Shown one piece after another: positions 32,804 to 32,847 of a stretch of DNA of 32,847 bases. The position numbers and the translations under genes are program-made. Positions within the stretch are counted from its first letter, which is position 1; every line of letters begins with the position of its first letter. Origin of the DNA: an uncultured Christensenellaceae bacterium (GTDB taxonomy: Bacteria > Bacillota > Clostridia > Christensenellales > UMGS416); NCBI GenBank assembly GCA_964509795.1, contig CAZDZB010000003.1:1-32847 (forward strand), written 5' to 3'. The notes beneath the pieces were generated by a model, which saw nothing but the letters and a program-made list of their open reading frames with translations, searched no databases and was not told the origin of the DNA.

Positions 32804-32847
32804 ATCGCATAATTATTAATATTCCATTATATTATACCTATATCGCT

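Noticed and set aside
32755-32847. T-box leader upstream of aspS.
   Set aside because: Candidate -10 elements lie only about 70 nt from the start codon, and no specifier loop or T-box sequence is visible. The window is truncated, so a longer leader starting beyond 32847 cannot be fully excluded.
1-32847. Search for CRISPR repeats, tRNA or rRNA genes, IS or transposase genes, integrases, phage modules, toxin-antitoxin pairs, and retron or DGR signatures.
   Set aside because: None was seen. Every intergenic gap is under 400 bp and is accounted for by promoters, leaders or terminators, and no ORF resembles a recombinase, reverse transcriptase or known defence protein.

Overview
This 32.8-kb window is low-GC Firmicutes (Clostridia-like) chromosome from an anaerobic spore-former, and almost all of it is densely packed housekeeping or core genes. 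I found no rRNA, tRNA, CRISPR array, transposase, integrase, phage gene or recognisable defence module.

Gene content in order:
- MATE efflux pump and a cation:proton antiporter.
- A small AT-rich Lnu/ANT(2'')-like nucleotidyltransferase.
- Glycolytic pgk-tpiA-gpmI operon on the minus strand.
- C_GCAxxG_C_C redox protein, convergent with an aldo/keto reductase.
- corA with a long structured leader.
- A 709-aa HEAT-like lipoprotein.
- Aminotransferase plus AEC transporter, then rpsU and an S41 C-terminal processing peptidase.
- A hypothetical gene, fhs, a DUF624 gene and a SAM methyltransferase in one plus-strand run.
- ireB-ruvX-DUF1292 followed by a divergent Spo0A-family regulator.
- An envelope cluster: DUF4352 lipoprotein, CapA-like lipoprotein and an NlpC/P60 hydrolase.
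- hydCBA, encoding a trimeric NADH/ferredoxin-type [FeFe]-hydrogenase.
- An archaeal-type aspS.

I cannot support a claim that a new multi-gene system is present. The points most worth a second look are:
- Two near-consensus Rex operators stacked on the hydCBA promoter.
- A TSCSPGW variant of the H-cluster L1 motif in HydA.
- A Spo0A-family protein whose invariant receiver lysine is Gln, in a non-canonical gene context, with two 0A-box heptamers upstream.
- A methyltransferase that seems to need an ATT start codon.
- An SD-sequestering corA leader with a uORF that does not look like an M-box.
- Two envelope genes with leaderless promoter geometry (-10, six nt, ATG).
- A GC-rich structured leader ahead of the DUF4352 lipoprotein gene.

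All coordinates and motifs were read by eye from the sequence. No database search or folding computation was run.
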